Source: an uncultured Opitutia bacterium (GTDB lineage Bacteria; Verrucomicrobiota; Verrucomicrobiia; Opitutales; Opitutaceae). Taken from it: a stretch of DNA of 64,000 nt. Position 1 is the stretch's first letter. Each line of letters begins with the position of its first letter. This document shows, one piece after another, positions 43,130 to 51,780 of the stretch. A model generated the notes under the pieces. It saw only the letters and a list, made by a program, of their open reading frames with translations. It made no database searches and was not told where the DNA came from. Both the position numbers and the translations under genes were made by a program. The stretch is from NCBI GenBank assembly GCA_903855985.1, contig CAIOAO010000043.1:8603-72602 (forward strand), read 5' to 3'.

Positions 43130-43459
43130 ATGTCCAAAGTCCCGATTGATCTCATCCTGCTGATCCGACCGGTTTCCTCGTACCGGTTTGAGGCGGTGGC
43201 GGAATATCTGACCAAGGATGCGCTGCCGCACTTCTTCGGGCTGCTCGCGCCGGGCAGTACGGTCTGGCAGAGCGAGGTCCTGCTGGCGGCCCTGGGCACA
43301 CCCGGCGTACGCCGGGCCCGCATCGTCCGCCTCAGCCGGACTGGGGAAGCCGGCGGCATTCCCCCGGAAAAACTTGAGTTCGCCCCCGAGGAAATCCCCA
43401 CGCTCGGCGAACTCGTCGTGGACCTCGACCCCGAGCCCAGCCGCCCGCCCTTCGCCTAG
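43130..43459 (+). CDS. hypothetical protein (109 aa)
   Basis: ORF in the track; no motif recognised. Confidence 0.45.
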   Translation: MSKVPIDLILLIRPVSSYRFEAVAEYLTKDALPHFFGLLAPGSTVWQSEVLLAALGTPGVRRARIVRLSRTGEAGGIPPEKLEFAPEEIPTLGELVVDLDPEPSRPPFA

Positions 43460-43517
43460 GCTGCCATCCCACCGGCCGACGCGTTGACTTCGCCCGGTCC
43501 ACGCCCTGACTTCGGGT

Positions 43518-44096
43518 ATGGACTGGGATGAAGCATACCGCAAAGGCGAGGTGTTCTGGGACAAAGGCGCACCGTCGCCCGTGATGAAGCAGTATCTCGA
43601 CCGCCATCCCGTTCGCGGGCGCGCTTTGGTGCCCGGCTGTGGCCATGCGCATGAAGTGGTGCTGGCCGTGGGCCACGGGCTGGACGCAACCGGACTGGAC
43701 ATCGCACCGACGGCCATCGCCGAGGCGCGGGCCCTGTACCCGGCGATTGCAGGGCGGCTGGTGGTCGGCGACCTGTTCAACCCGGCGCCTGAATTGCGTG
43801 GCGCCTTTGACGTCGTGCTCGAGCACACCTGCATGAGCGGACTGCCACCGGCGTTGCGGGCGAGTTACCGTCACGGGATCGACCTGACCCTGCGTCATGG
43901 CGGCCTCCTGATCGGAGTGTGGTACATCAACCCCAACCTCGCGCCCGGCGAGGAGGGACCGCCCTTCCCTTTCCATGTCCCCGACCTGACCGCGCTGTTT
44001 GCCGATGGCTACGAGATCGTGGCCGACTATGTCCCCGACGTGGCGTTCAAGGGCCGCGAAGGGCGGGAGCGTCTGCGCGTCCTGCGGCGCAAGTGA
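43518..44096 (+). CDS. SAM-dependent methyltransferase, thiopurine/halide methyltransferase (TPMT) family
   Basis: WDEAYRKGEVFWDKGAPSP..., GRALVPGCGHAHEV, GLDIAPTAI. Confidence 0.7.
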   Translation: MDWDEAYRKGEVFWDKGAPSPVMKQYLDRHPVRGRALVPGCGHAHEVVLAVGHGLDATGLDIAPTAIAEARALYPAIAGRLVVGDLFNPAPELRGAFDVVLEHTCMSGLPPALRASYRHGIDLTLRHGGLLIGVWYINPNLAPGEEGPPFPFHVPDLTALFADGYEIVADYVPDVAFKGREGRERLRVLRRK

Positions 44097-44173
44097 CGTC
44101 AGCCCCGGGCGCGAGTGGCGGTGCCGGGCTGAAACAACTTGCCGCGGATTTACCCTCCCGAAACCATCCGACC

Positions 44174-45562
44174 ATGGTGTTAAACGGGAGCGGAGCCCAT
44201 AAAGCGGCCTGGGTGACCATCCTGCTGGTGATCGGGGTTTACTCGGTCGTGCGCTTTGTCGGGCTCGATAAGTCCCCTCCTGGCCTGTACGCCGACGAAG
44301 CGGTGGTCGCCGCCGAGGCGATTGCGTTGGTGCAGACGGGCTACGATTCCCATCACGAGCGCGAGTTGTTCACGCCGATGACGGCGGGCGGAAATGTCTC
44401 GGCCGCCCACCTCTACCCGAAGGCGCTCTGGATCGCGCTGGCGGGCTACTCCATCCCGGCCCTCCGCGCCTATGCGGGGTTGGAGGCCATGCTGCTGCTC
44501 GCCGGGCTCTTTTTCCTGGCGCGATCCCAGTTGGGTTCGCGGGCGGCGGTGTTGGTCCTGCTGGCCGGCTGCCTCTCGCCCTGGATATTCCAATACTCGC
44601 GGATGGCGGTGGAGGATCCCCTGCTGAGTCTTTGCGGGCTGGTGTGGGGCCTGTATTTTTTCCTGCGTTCCACGGCCTGGGTGGATGCGATCATCGCTGC
44701 GGTCTGTTTTTCCGTAGCCGTCTATGCCTATGGCTCGGCGCGGGTGACGCTTCCCCTGCTGTTTCCACTGCTGCTCTGGGTGAAACAGCCCGAGCGGAAG
44801 GTGACCTTCCGGTACCTGGCCGCGTTTGCGCTCACGGGCGTGCTCCTCTGCGCCCCGCTTCTCATCGGCACCCTGCGGGGCACATTGCTGTCCCGCTATG
44901 CCGTGGTCGGCATTTTTTCACCGTCGCATCTTCAGGGCGGCGGGCGGCTGACGGCGGTCGGGGAATTTCTCTACAACCTCCGGCTGCACCTGGCGCCGGA
45001 TTATCTGTTCATCAGCGGCGATGCGAACCTGCGGCACTCCACCCAGTTTACGGGCGAGTTCAGCTGGCTGGACACCTTTGCGCTGCTCCTGGGCGTGGGG
45101 CTCCTCGGCTTGAGCCTCGTCCGGAGCCGGCAACTGCCAGTCAACCGGTTCATGGTGCTTTGCGGCGCGGGGTTTGTCATCGGGATTTTTCCTGCCGCGC
45201 TGACCTGGGAAGGCGTGCCCCATGCGGTGCGCGCCTCCGAATGCTGGCCCTTTCTCGCCCTGTTCACGGGCTTCAGCCTGACGCGCGCGGAGCAACGCTG
45301 GCCGTGGGTGCTCCCGGCTTCCGCTTTGGTGGCAGCCGCCTTTGCGGTGGGTTTTCTCCGGTATTATTTCGTGGTCTATCCGTCCACGGCCCGCGACGAA
45401 TTCCAGGTCGCGCGCCTGGAAGCCGCCGAGCATGGCCGCACCACGGGCGACTGGCGGCCGCTGGCCCGGCTCACGCGCAACGACCCGCCGATGGCCGTGC
45501 GTTACTATCTAATGCGCTATGCGGGGCAGACCTTTGAGCAGAGCGGCCAGCTGTTCGACTGA
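44174..45562 (+). CDS. ArnT/PMT-like (GT39/GT83-type) membrane glycosyltransferase
   Basis: ATG at 44174. Polytopic membrane protein with an early ...GLYADEA... loop. Family assignment is tentative. Confidence 0.6.
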   Translation: MVLNGSGAHKAAWVTILLVIGVYSVVRFVGLDKSPPGLYADEAVVAAEAIALVQTGYDSHHERELFTPMTAGGNVSAAHLYPKALWIALAGYSIPALRAYAGLEAMLLLAGLFFLARSQLGSRAAVLVLLAGCLSPWIFQYSRMAVEDPLLSLCGLVWGLYFFLRSTAWVDAIIAAVCFSVAVYAYGSARVTLPLLFPLLLWVKQPERKVTFRYLAAFALTGVLLCAPLLIGTLRGTLLSRYAVVGIFSPSHLQGGGRLTAVGEFLYNLRLHLAPDYLFISGDANLRHSTQFTGEFSWLDTFALLLGVGLLGLSLVRSRQLPVNRFMVLCGAGFVIGIFPAALTWEGVPHAVRASECWPFLALFTGFSLTRAEQRWPWVLPASALVAAAFAVGFLRYYFVVYPSTARDEFQVARLEAAEHGRTTGDWRPLARLTRNDPPMAVRYYLMRYAGQTFEQSGQLFD

Positions 45563-45604
45563 CTGGTGCCTCCGGCCGGGAAGTAGAAAAGGGTCAGGCC
45601 CCGC

Positions 45605-45632
45605 GGTCAGCATTCAGCGATCAGCGGTCGGC
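45605..45632 (+). repeat. four tandem heptamers GGTCAGC ATTCAGC GATCAGC GGTCGGC
   Basis: Read directly, 42 nt after the stop of the upstream same-strand gene. Confidence 0.75.
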
Positions 45633-45795
45633 TGCAGATAGAAATTGCATGGCAAACCGCTCCGCCTCGTCCGCGGGCGCTCGCCAATCCGCACACAGTG
45701 TTTGGCAAGCCATGGTGAGTCACGACGACGTGGTCGGCCTATGCTGGCGCCCTGCTCCAAGGGAATCCTCCCATGCGCGGCAGCACCCGACTAAC

Positions 45796-46425
45796 ATGAA
45801 ATACCTCACCTCCATCCTGATTTGCGGCGCGCTGTTCGTGCTGTCCGCGCTCGCGCTCTCGGCGGCCAATCCCTGGTCCGTTCGCGTGCGGGCCACGTAC
45901 CTGCAAACGGTTGACCAATCGGACGCCTTCACGGCGCTCAGCATCAATTTTCCCAAGGATGCGATTTCCGTGAACGACAAGCTCATCCCCGAGATCGACA
46001 TCGACTATGCTTTCTCTGACACGCTGTACGGTGAGGTGGTCCTGACGATCCCGCAGACGCAGGACGTCACCCTCGCGGGCGTGGGCAAGCTCGGCACGTT
46101 CAAGCATCTCCCGCCGTGCTTCCTCTTCGGCTACCGCTTCAACCCGACCGGTGCGTTCCGGCCGTATGTCGGCGCAGGCTTCAATTTCACCCTGATCTGG
46201 GACAACAACCTCTCGGTTGCCGGGGTGCCGCTGCATCTGGATCACCACAGCATCGGCTTCGCCGCACAGGCGGGTGTGGACTGGAACCTGGGCAACAACT
46301 GGTCCCTGAACGCGGACCTGAAGCACGCCTCCCTGAGCTCTGATGTCTACGCCGGCAGCACGCGTCTGACCACGGCTCAGCTCGACCCGTGGCTGTATGC
46401 CATCGGCCTACGCTACGACTTCTGA
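45796..46425 (+). CDS. ompW: OmpW family outer membrane protein
   Basis: ATG at 45796 (MKYLTSILICGALFVLSALALSAA). Beta-barrel pattern ending ...GLRYDF. Confidence 0.85.
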   Translation: MKYLTSILICGALFVLSALALSAANPWSVRVRATYLQTVDQSDAFTALSINFPKDAISVNDKLIPEIDIDYAFSDTLYGEVVLTIPQTQDVTLAGVGKLGTFKHLPPCFLFGYRFNPTGAFRPYVGAGFNFTLIWDNNLSVAGVPLHLDHHSIGFAAQAGVDWNLGNNWSLNADLKHASLSSDVYAGSTRLTTAQLDPWLYAIGLRYDF

Positions 46426-46458
46426 CCGGGCAACCGGCCAACCGTAGGATGTGTTCGA

Positions 46459-46485
46459 CGCCGGGCCGGAAGGCCCGGCGTTTTT
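46459..46485 (+). terminator. rho-independent terminator of ompW
   Basis: CGCCGGGCC-ggaa-GGCCCGGCG followed by TTTTT. Confidence 0.85.
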
Positions 46486-46570
46486 CGTGTCCGCGACCGA
46501 TGGCCCGGCGCAGCCGGTCGGAACGACGTGAGTTGGGCCAGTTTGCAGCGTTCAGCTGCAAGTTCCGGCA

Positions 46571-46598
46571 GCGGAAAGCTGAGCGCTGACAGCTGAAG
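46571..46598 (-). repeat. four tandem heptamers (reverse strand CTTCAGC TGTCAGC GCTCAGC TTTCCGC)
   Basis: Read directly. It starts 8 nt after the stop of the upstream reverse-strand LysE gene. Confidence 0.75.
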
Positions 46599-46606
46599 GC
46601 GGAATA

Positions 46607-47242
46607 CTATTTCACCGCGACCGTCACGCCCGCGCCGATCATCATCGTGCCAGCGGTGCGCTGCAGCGCCCTCATCCGCGAGGGGCGGTTGAAAAACCGC
46701 CGGCTGCTCGCCGCGGCATAGGCGTAGGTCGCCGGGATGCCACCCACCATCAGCACGACGATTCCGCCCATCGTCACGGCCTCGCTGACGGAAAGTTGAC
46801 CAAGGTTGATGAACGTCGGCAGCAGGCCGGCGTAGAAACCGATCGCCTTGGGATTGGCGAGGGTGACCATCAGCCCACCCAGGAGGCTGCGCTGGAAGCC
46901 GCGGGGCGGTGCGATTTCACCCTCGGGCGCAGCCATGGCTGCGGGCGGTGACCGCCAGAGTTTCACGCCGAGCCAGATGAGATAGCCGGCGCCGGCCAGT
47001 TTCACGACGATGAAGAACTCCCCCATTGTGTGCGCCAGGGCCGCGAGGCCCAGCACCGCGAGCGTGAAATAGATCAAATCCCCGATGACCATGCCGCCGA
47101 TCAGGGCGAGGGATTCGCGAAAGCCCCGGCCGATCGCGCAGGACACCACGGCAAAAATTCCCGGTCCCGGCACGGCGACGGCAACGGCCAGGGCGACAGC
47201 GAAGGCGACAAGGATGGTGAGGTGCACGGTGGAGATAGGCAA
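46607..47242 (-). CDS. LysE/RhtB family amino-acid exporter
   Basis: 211 aa. PGPGIFAVVS near the N-terminus, six TM segments. Confidence 0.85.
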   Translation of the reverse strand: MPISTVHLTILVAFAVALAVAVAVPGPGIFAVVSCAIGRGFRESLALIGGMVIGDLIYFTLAVLGLAALAHTMGEFFIVVKLAGAGYLIWLGVKLWRSPPAAMAAPEGEIAPPRGFQRSLLGGLMVTLANPKAIGFYAGLLPTFINLGQLSVSEAVTMGGIVVLMVGGIPATYAYAAASSRRFFNRPSRMRALQRTAGTMMIGAGVTVAVK

Positions 47243-47398
47243 AGCGCGGCTACACTCCGTGGCAACGGTACTTCGAAAGCGGCAGCGCTTGCGCCCGACA
47301 GGGTTCGCCTCACCGGTGTGTCGCCACTGTCAGGCGGGAAAATACCTATGGGCCATTAATCCCCTTGGATTCACGGGAATGAGTTGGAAGCTCCGGGG

Positions 47399-48037
47399 AT
47401 GAATTTACGGGGCAGATGGCGTGATGGCACGTTGCAACCAATGGTCTACGGACTGGTGGGTGCCTGGGGCGCAATCTTGATCGGGCTGGTGGCCTGCACC
47501 TCGGCACCACCCGACCCACGGCTTTCCCCGCCTCTGGCGATCGTCAGCGATAGTGCGTGGGCGGAAGCGGAACTGATCGGGGCCCAGGTGCCCCGGAGCA
47601 TGCTGATGGTCGGGCACGGCGCCAGCATGCTGCCACTTTACGCCAGCGGAACCGTCCTCGTGATTCAGCCCCTGCAATGGGAGCACCTGCGCACCGGGAT
47701 GACCGTCGTTTACTACAAGCCGGACACCATGCCCCTCATGCTCGTCGCGCATGTGCTGAAGGACCGGGATGGCGCGGCCTGGGTCACGCAGGGGCTGAGC
47801 CGGGCCGAACCGGACCTGACGGAGGTGACACCCGAGAATTATATCGGCGTGGTCGTGGCCGCCTGCCACCGGCCGGACTCCGCCCCGGCCGGTCTCGCCG
47901 TGCTGCAACACCTGGCGGTAACATCCGAGGCCAACTGTCTCATGCGTTGCCATGTGGAAGGCAGCGGCAGCCGGCCGCCGCCTTCCGGCCACGCGGCCCG
48001 ACCCGTTCTGCCGGAAAAGACGCCGGATCCGGAGTAA
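47399..48037 (+). CDS. S24/S26-family serine peptidase-like lipoprotein
   Basis: Possible lipobox LIGLVAC. GHGASMLP (Ser nucleophile context) and a downstream VAHVLK. Start is uncertain (TTG 47384, ATG 47399 or 47441). Confidence 0.5.
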   Translation: MNLRGRWRDGTLQPMVYGLVGAWGAILIGLVACTSAPPDPRLSPPLAIVSDSAWAEAELIGAQVPRSMLMVGHGASMLPLYASGTVLVIQPLQWEHLRTGMTVVYYKPDTMPLMLVAHVLKDRDGAAWVTQGLSRAEPDLTEVTPENYIGVVVAACHRPDSAPAGLAVLQHLAVTSEANCLMRCHVEGSGSRPPPSGHAARPVLPEKTPDPE

Positions 48038-48086
48038 CCCCGGCTTCGTTCCGTCCCACGATCCAACGACGGATAGCTTTCCACCC

Positions 48087-49418
48087 TCAGTTCTCCTCCG
48101 TTGTCATGGGTGGAAGCTGCTTCGGCCGTACGCGGCGCTCGCGCGCGGGGTCGATCTCCTCCTGCTCCGGCGCGGGGATGCGGGTGAACGCGATGCGCAT
48201 GGGCGCATTCGCGGTCACGCCGAACGCGCCGCCGAAGTACACCGAGCCGTTGCCGAAGGTCTGGTTGAGCTGGTCCACGGCGTGGTGCAGCCGCTCGCGC
48301 GCCTCCTCCCGCTCCGGCTCGAACAGGCTCGACGTGTGCCCGCTCATGGCCAGCAGCCGGTTCAGCACCAGCCCCACCTGGAACGGCGTCTTCCGGCGCA
48401 GCGCCGCGGGCCGGCGTGCCCAGACCTGGTTCAGCGCGCGCGTCAGCGCGAGCGTGTCCTGCGTCTCGGTGAACCGGATCTCGTCGCCCCACTTCGCCCC
48501 GTCGCGGTAGCCGACATACACGGACAGCTCCCCCGCATAGTGCCCGATGCCGCGGAGTCGCATCGCCGCCTTCTGCAGCAGCCGGTGCAGCACGGCGAAG
48601 GACTTGGCCTCCGAGCGCAGCGCCGGCGGCAGCACGTGCGAGTGCCCGATGCTCTTGTGTTTGTCCATCTCGAGAGGGATGCGGTCTCCGCGGATGCGCG
48701 CGTGCATACGCTCACCCTCGACTCCGCCCCACACGCCGCGCAGCTGGCCCTTGGTGGCGGCGTAGAGCTTCTCCACGGTATCGATGCCGTGCGACCGCAG
48801 GCGGGCGTCCATGCGCTCGCCGATGCCGAGGAAATCCTGCAGATCCAGGCCGAGCAGCTTCTGCGGGAGGTCGGCTTCCTCGAGCACGACCAGCCCGTCC
48901 GGCTTCTGCATGTCCGTGGCCATCTTCGCCAGCAGCCAGTTGGGCGCGATGCCAATGGAGCTGGTCAGGGCCGGGCCGATGTGCCGCTGGACGGCGGCCT
49001 TGATGCGGTGCGCGACGCCAAGCGCCTCCTCGCGCGGGGCGTAGGTGGCGGTCAGGTCGCACTCCACCTCGTCGATGGACTTGATTTCCGTCACGTGGAT
49101 GCACGACTCGATGGCCTCCAGCAGCCGCCGATGGTAGCGCACATAAAGCTCCGGGTGGGCCTCGACGAGGGTGATGCCCGGGCAGCGCTGGCGGGCCTCG
49201 GGGATGCCCATGCCGGTCTTCACGCCGAAGGCCTTGGCGGGATAGCTGACGGCGATGCAGCAGGTCGTCTCCGCGACCACCGGCACGACCGCCAGCGCCC
49301 GTCCGCGCAGCGCCGGATGCTCCTGCTGCTCGCAGGAGGCGAAGAAGGAATTGAAGTCAACGGCGAGCGTTCGGAGCGGCACGGCGCGGAATGTCCGCCC
49401 CGGTTTTGTCCGCGTCAA
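48087..49418 (-). CDS. Y-family DNA polymerase (DinB/Pol IV-like)
   Basis: LAVDFNSFFASCEQ and SIDEVECDL carry the catalytic Asp and Asp-Glu. The track start is TTG at 49418; GTG at 49382 is an alternative. Confidence 0.8.
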   Translation of the reverse strand: MTRTKPGRTFRAVPLRTLAVDFNSFFASCEQQEHPALRGRALAVVPVVAETTCCIAVSYPAKAFGVKTGMGIPEARQRCPGITLVEAHPELYVRYHRRLLEAIESCIHVTEIKSIDEVECDLTATYAPREEALGVAHRIKAAVQRHIGPALTSSIGIAPNWLLAKMATDMQKPDGLVVLEEADLPQKLLGLDLQDFLGIGERMDARLRSHGIDTVEKLYAATKGQLRGVWGGVEGERMHARIRGDRIPLEMDKHKSIGHSHVLPPALRSEAKSFAVLHRLLQKAAMRLRGIGHYAGELSVYVGYRDGAKWGDEIRFTETQDTLALTRALNQVWARRPAALRRKTPFQVGLVLNRLLAMSGHTSSLFEPEREEARERLHHAVDQLNQTFGNGSVYFGGAFGVTANAPMRIAFTRIPAPEQEEIDPARERRVRPKQLPPMTTEEN

Positions 49419-49665
49419 AAACCGAAGCGAAAACCACCGCGGGTATTAGTTTTGGTCTGGAAATAGTGTGCGGGTTGGCGATGCGCCGGCCGGTTTCCTG
49501 CCCGGCGGCGAGCCCAAGGACGCCGCTGGGCGAAGTCATTAGGAATCGCAATGCCACGTGGCGCGAAAGTGCTCGGCGGTCCGCCGCCCTGCAGCGTTCC
49601 GCGCGATTTGTGCCCAGGCGGTTTTCCCTCTTGGCATGCGGACGCTCCGCCGGAAGTGTCTGGCC

Positions 49666-49908
49666 ATGAACTACCGGACCAAGGCGGAATACTACATCCA
49701 GGGCATCACGCAGGGCTTCGTGGACGCCCCCGAAGTGATCGCGTGGGCCGACGAGGTGATCGTCGCCGCATCCAAGACCGAGGACTGGATGATTGAGATC
49801 TCCACCTGCGGCCCCGGCGACCGGCTGGTCGTCCTCAGCCACCTCAACACGGTCAAGGGCGAGGTGGACCAGGCGGAACTCGCGGCGCTGCTGGCCGCGC
49901 GGAAGTAA
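49666..49908 (+). CDS. hypothetical small protein (80 aa)
   Basis: Internal ATG of ORF 49558..49908 (MNYRTKAEYYIQG...). No family recognised. Confidence 0.4.
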   Translation: MNYRTKAEYYIQGITQGFVDAPEVIAWADEVIVAASKTEDWMIEISTCGPGDRLVVLSHLNTVKGEVDQAELAALLAARK

Positions 49909-49917
49909 ACTCCGAGC

Positions 49918-49945
49918 CGTCAGCGGTCAGCTTTCAGTGGTCAGT
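49918..49945 (+). repeat. four tandem heptamers CGTCAGC GGTCAGC TTTCAGT GGTCAGT
   Basis: Read directly. It starts 9 nt after the stop codon at 49908. Confidence 0.75.
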
Positions 49946-50089
49946 TCGGATGCTTCATTCCAGACAGGCCGTCGTGTCTTGCGGGCGGGACTGTGAGATG
50001 AAGGGAACCTGATTGCCCGTCGGCACGGGCGCCATCCTTCGTCATATTTCCCGGAGCTGAGTGCTGAAAGCCGACTCCTGATCGCTGGC

Positions 50090-50536
50090 TTAGCGCAGCA
50101 CACCCTGCCGGCGCAGGGCGCGGGCGTAGATGAAGAGCAGGTAGCCGACGACGAAGATGACGGTGCTGAAGATCAGCGGGCCGACACCACCCATCACTTT
50201 CAGGCCGTTGGACAGGCCGAAGTTGTGGATCGTCGTGAGCACCATGCCGAGAAAGGAGACGAGAAAGACGGGCATTGCCACGCCCTTGCGGAGCAACAGC
50301 AGCAGCGAACCCAGCGCTCCGCCCCAGGTCGCAATCCCCCACGCAGCCACCACCCAGAACGGAAAACCGTAGAAAAAATCCAGCTGGGCCGGCGTGAAGG
50401 CCTGCATGTACGCCGCGTTGCGGGTCTGCGTCATGTAGAAATCAAACGCGCCCACGAGATTCCACAGCAGGGAAATCACGCCCACCACCCAGAGATGCCA
50501 TGGTGCCTTGGTCGCAGCGGGCGGGGTCGTAGCCAT
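50090..50536 (-). CDS. hypothetical membrane protein (4 TM)
   Basis: 148 aa, ATG start, hydrophobic throughout. Confidence 0.6.
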   Translation of the reverse strand: MATTPPAATKAPWHLWVVGVISLLWNLVGAFDFYMTQTRNAAYMQAFTPAQLDFFYGFPFWVVAAWGIATWGGALGSLLLLLRKGVAMPVFLVSFLGMVLTTIHNFGLSNGLKVMGGVGPLIFSTVIFVVGYLLFIYARALRRQGVLR

Positions 50537-50677
50537 GATTTAGGACGAATAAATCACGGAAATTTGTCAATTCAGGGCTGGAACCCGACGATCCGATCGC
50601 GGAAGCAAGGAAGAGCGATTAGGTCTTGGCGTCGAAAGCTTATCGCCTACCGCCGGCCCTCAGCGTTGACTGCCCCC

Positions 50678-51763
50678 ATGCCCGACCCCGAAGCCACGCC
50701 GCCGGCCCCGCATGTGCGGCGTCCGCGTTATGCGGGCAAGAATCCCCGGCGGTTTGAGGACAAGTACAAGGAGCACAATCCCGCCCGCTATGCGGCCGAC
50801 GTCGCCAAGGTGCTCGCCTCCGGCAAGACGCCCGCCGGCAGCCACCGGCCCATCATGGTCGCCGAGATCCTTGATATCCTCGCCCTCCGGCCGGGTGAAA
50901 CCGTCGTGGATTGCACCCTCGGGTATGGCGGACACGCCCAGGAGTTGCTCGCTCGCGTCACCCCGGGCGGGCGGCTCATCGGGCTGGATGTGGACCCGGT
51001 CGAGCATCCCAAGACCACGGCCCGCCTCCGCGCCGCCGGCTGGGATGAGCGGGCGTTCAACGCGGTGCGCTCAAATTTTGCCGGTCTGCCGAAGGTGCTC
51101 GCGGAGCTTGGACTCGCCGGCGCCGATGCCGTGCTGGCGGACCTCGGCGTTTCCTCGATGCAGCTCGACGACCCGGCGCGGGGTTTCACGTTCAAGACCG
51201 ACAGCCCGCTCGACTTGCGCCTGAACCCGGCCCGCGCGCCATCCGCCGCCGACTGGCTCGCGCGCGTGCCCGAGCGGGAGTTGGCAGCCGCGCTCAGCGA
51301 AAACTCCGACGAACCCCAGGCCGGTTTGCTGGCGCGGGAATTGGTTGTGCGGCGCGGGCAGATGCCGTTCACGCGTACCCGGCAGCTTGCCGATGCGATC
51401 CGGGACATCCTCCGGCGGGACCGGCCCGGCCACGACCGGACAACCGACGATGACTGCGTACGCCGCGTATTTCAGGCCCTCCGCATCGCGGTAAACGATG
51501 AATTCGGCGCCCTCGACCTGTTCCTTCAGCGGCTGCCCACCTGCCTGAATCCCGGCGGCCGTGTGGCGATCCTGACGTTTCACTCCGGCGAGGATCGGCG
51601 GGTGAAGCAGGCGTTTCGCGACGGCGTCCGCACGGACATTTATGCCTCGGCCTGCGAGGAAATCATCCGGTCCGGCCCGGAGGAGCGGCGGTCCAACCCG
51701 CGCAGCACGTCCGCGAAACTGCGCTGGGCGGTGCGCGGCACGGCAGAAGCCGCCATCTGCTGA
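50678..51763 (+). CDS. rsmH: 16S rRNA (cytosine1402-N4)-methyltransferase with ~55 aa basic N-terminal extension
   Basis: ATG at 50678. HRPIMVAEILDIL..VVDCTLGYGGHAQ, DLGVSSMQLD, and FHSGEDRRVK. Confidence 0.85.
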   Translation: MPDPEATPPAPHVRRPRYAGKNPRRFEDKYKEHNPARYAADVAKVLASGKTPAGSHRPIMVAEILDILALRPGETVVDCTLGYGGHAQELLARVTPGGRLIGLDVDPVEHPKTTARLRAAGWDERAFNAVRSNFAGLPKVLAELGLAGADAVLADLGVSSMQLDDPARGFTFKTDSPLDLRLNPARAPSAADWLARVPERELAAALSENSDEPQAGLLARELVVRRGQMPFTRTRQLADAIRDILRRDRPGHDRTTDDDCVRRVFQALRIAVNDEFGALDLFLQRLPTCLNPGGRVAILTFHSGEDRRVKQAFRDGVRTDIYASACEEIIRSGPEERRSNPRSTSAKLRWAVRGTAEAAIC

Positions 51764-51780
51764 CCACCACCTGGCGATCC

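Noticed and set aside
45649-45795. 49-codon N-terminal extension of the OmpW ORF in the track.
   Set aside because: The internal ATG at 45796 gives a canonical signal peptide. The extension is Arg/Ser/Ala-rich with no function.
47399-49418. S24/S26-type peptidase next to a Y-family polymerase, considered as a umuD-umuC pair.
   Set aside because: The genes are convergent, not co-transcribed. The peptidase-like protein carries a lipoprotein-type signal and lacks a LexA/UmuD-like cleavage-site region.
49632-49646. TGGCATGCGGACGCT (and TGGCACGTTGCA near 47423), considered as sigma54 -24/-12 promoters for the orphan NtrC-type activator.
   Set aside because: The spacing of GG and GC does not fit TGGCAC-N5-TTGC (off by one or more), and the second site lies inside a coding region.
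50541-50570. GGACGAATAAATCACGGAAATTTGTC upstream of the membrane protein gene, considered as a half-copy of the 31927 element (shares CACGGAAATTT).
   Set aside because: Only one 11-nt match. The unit spacing is 12 rather than 9 bp, and there is no inverted partner.
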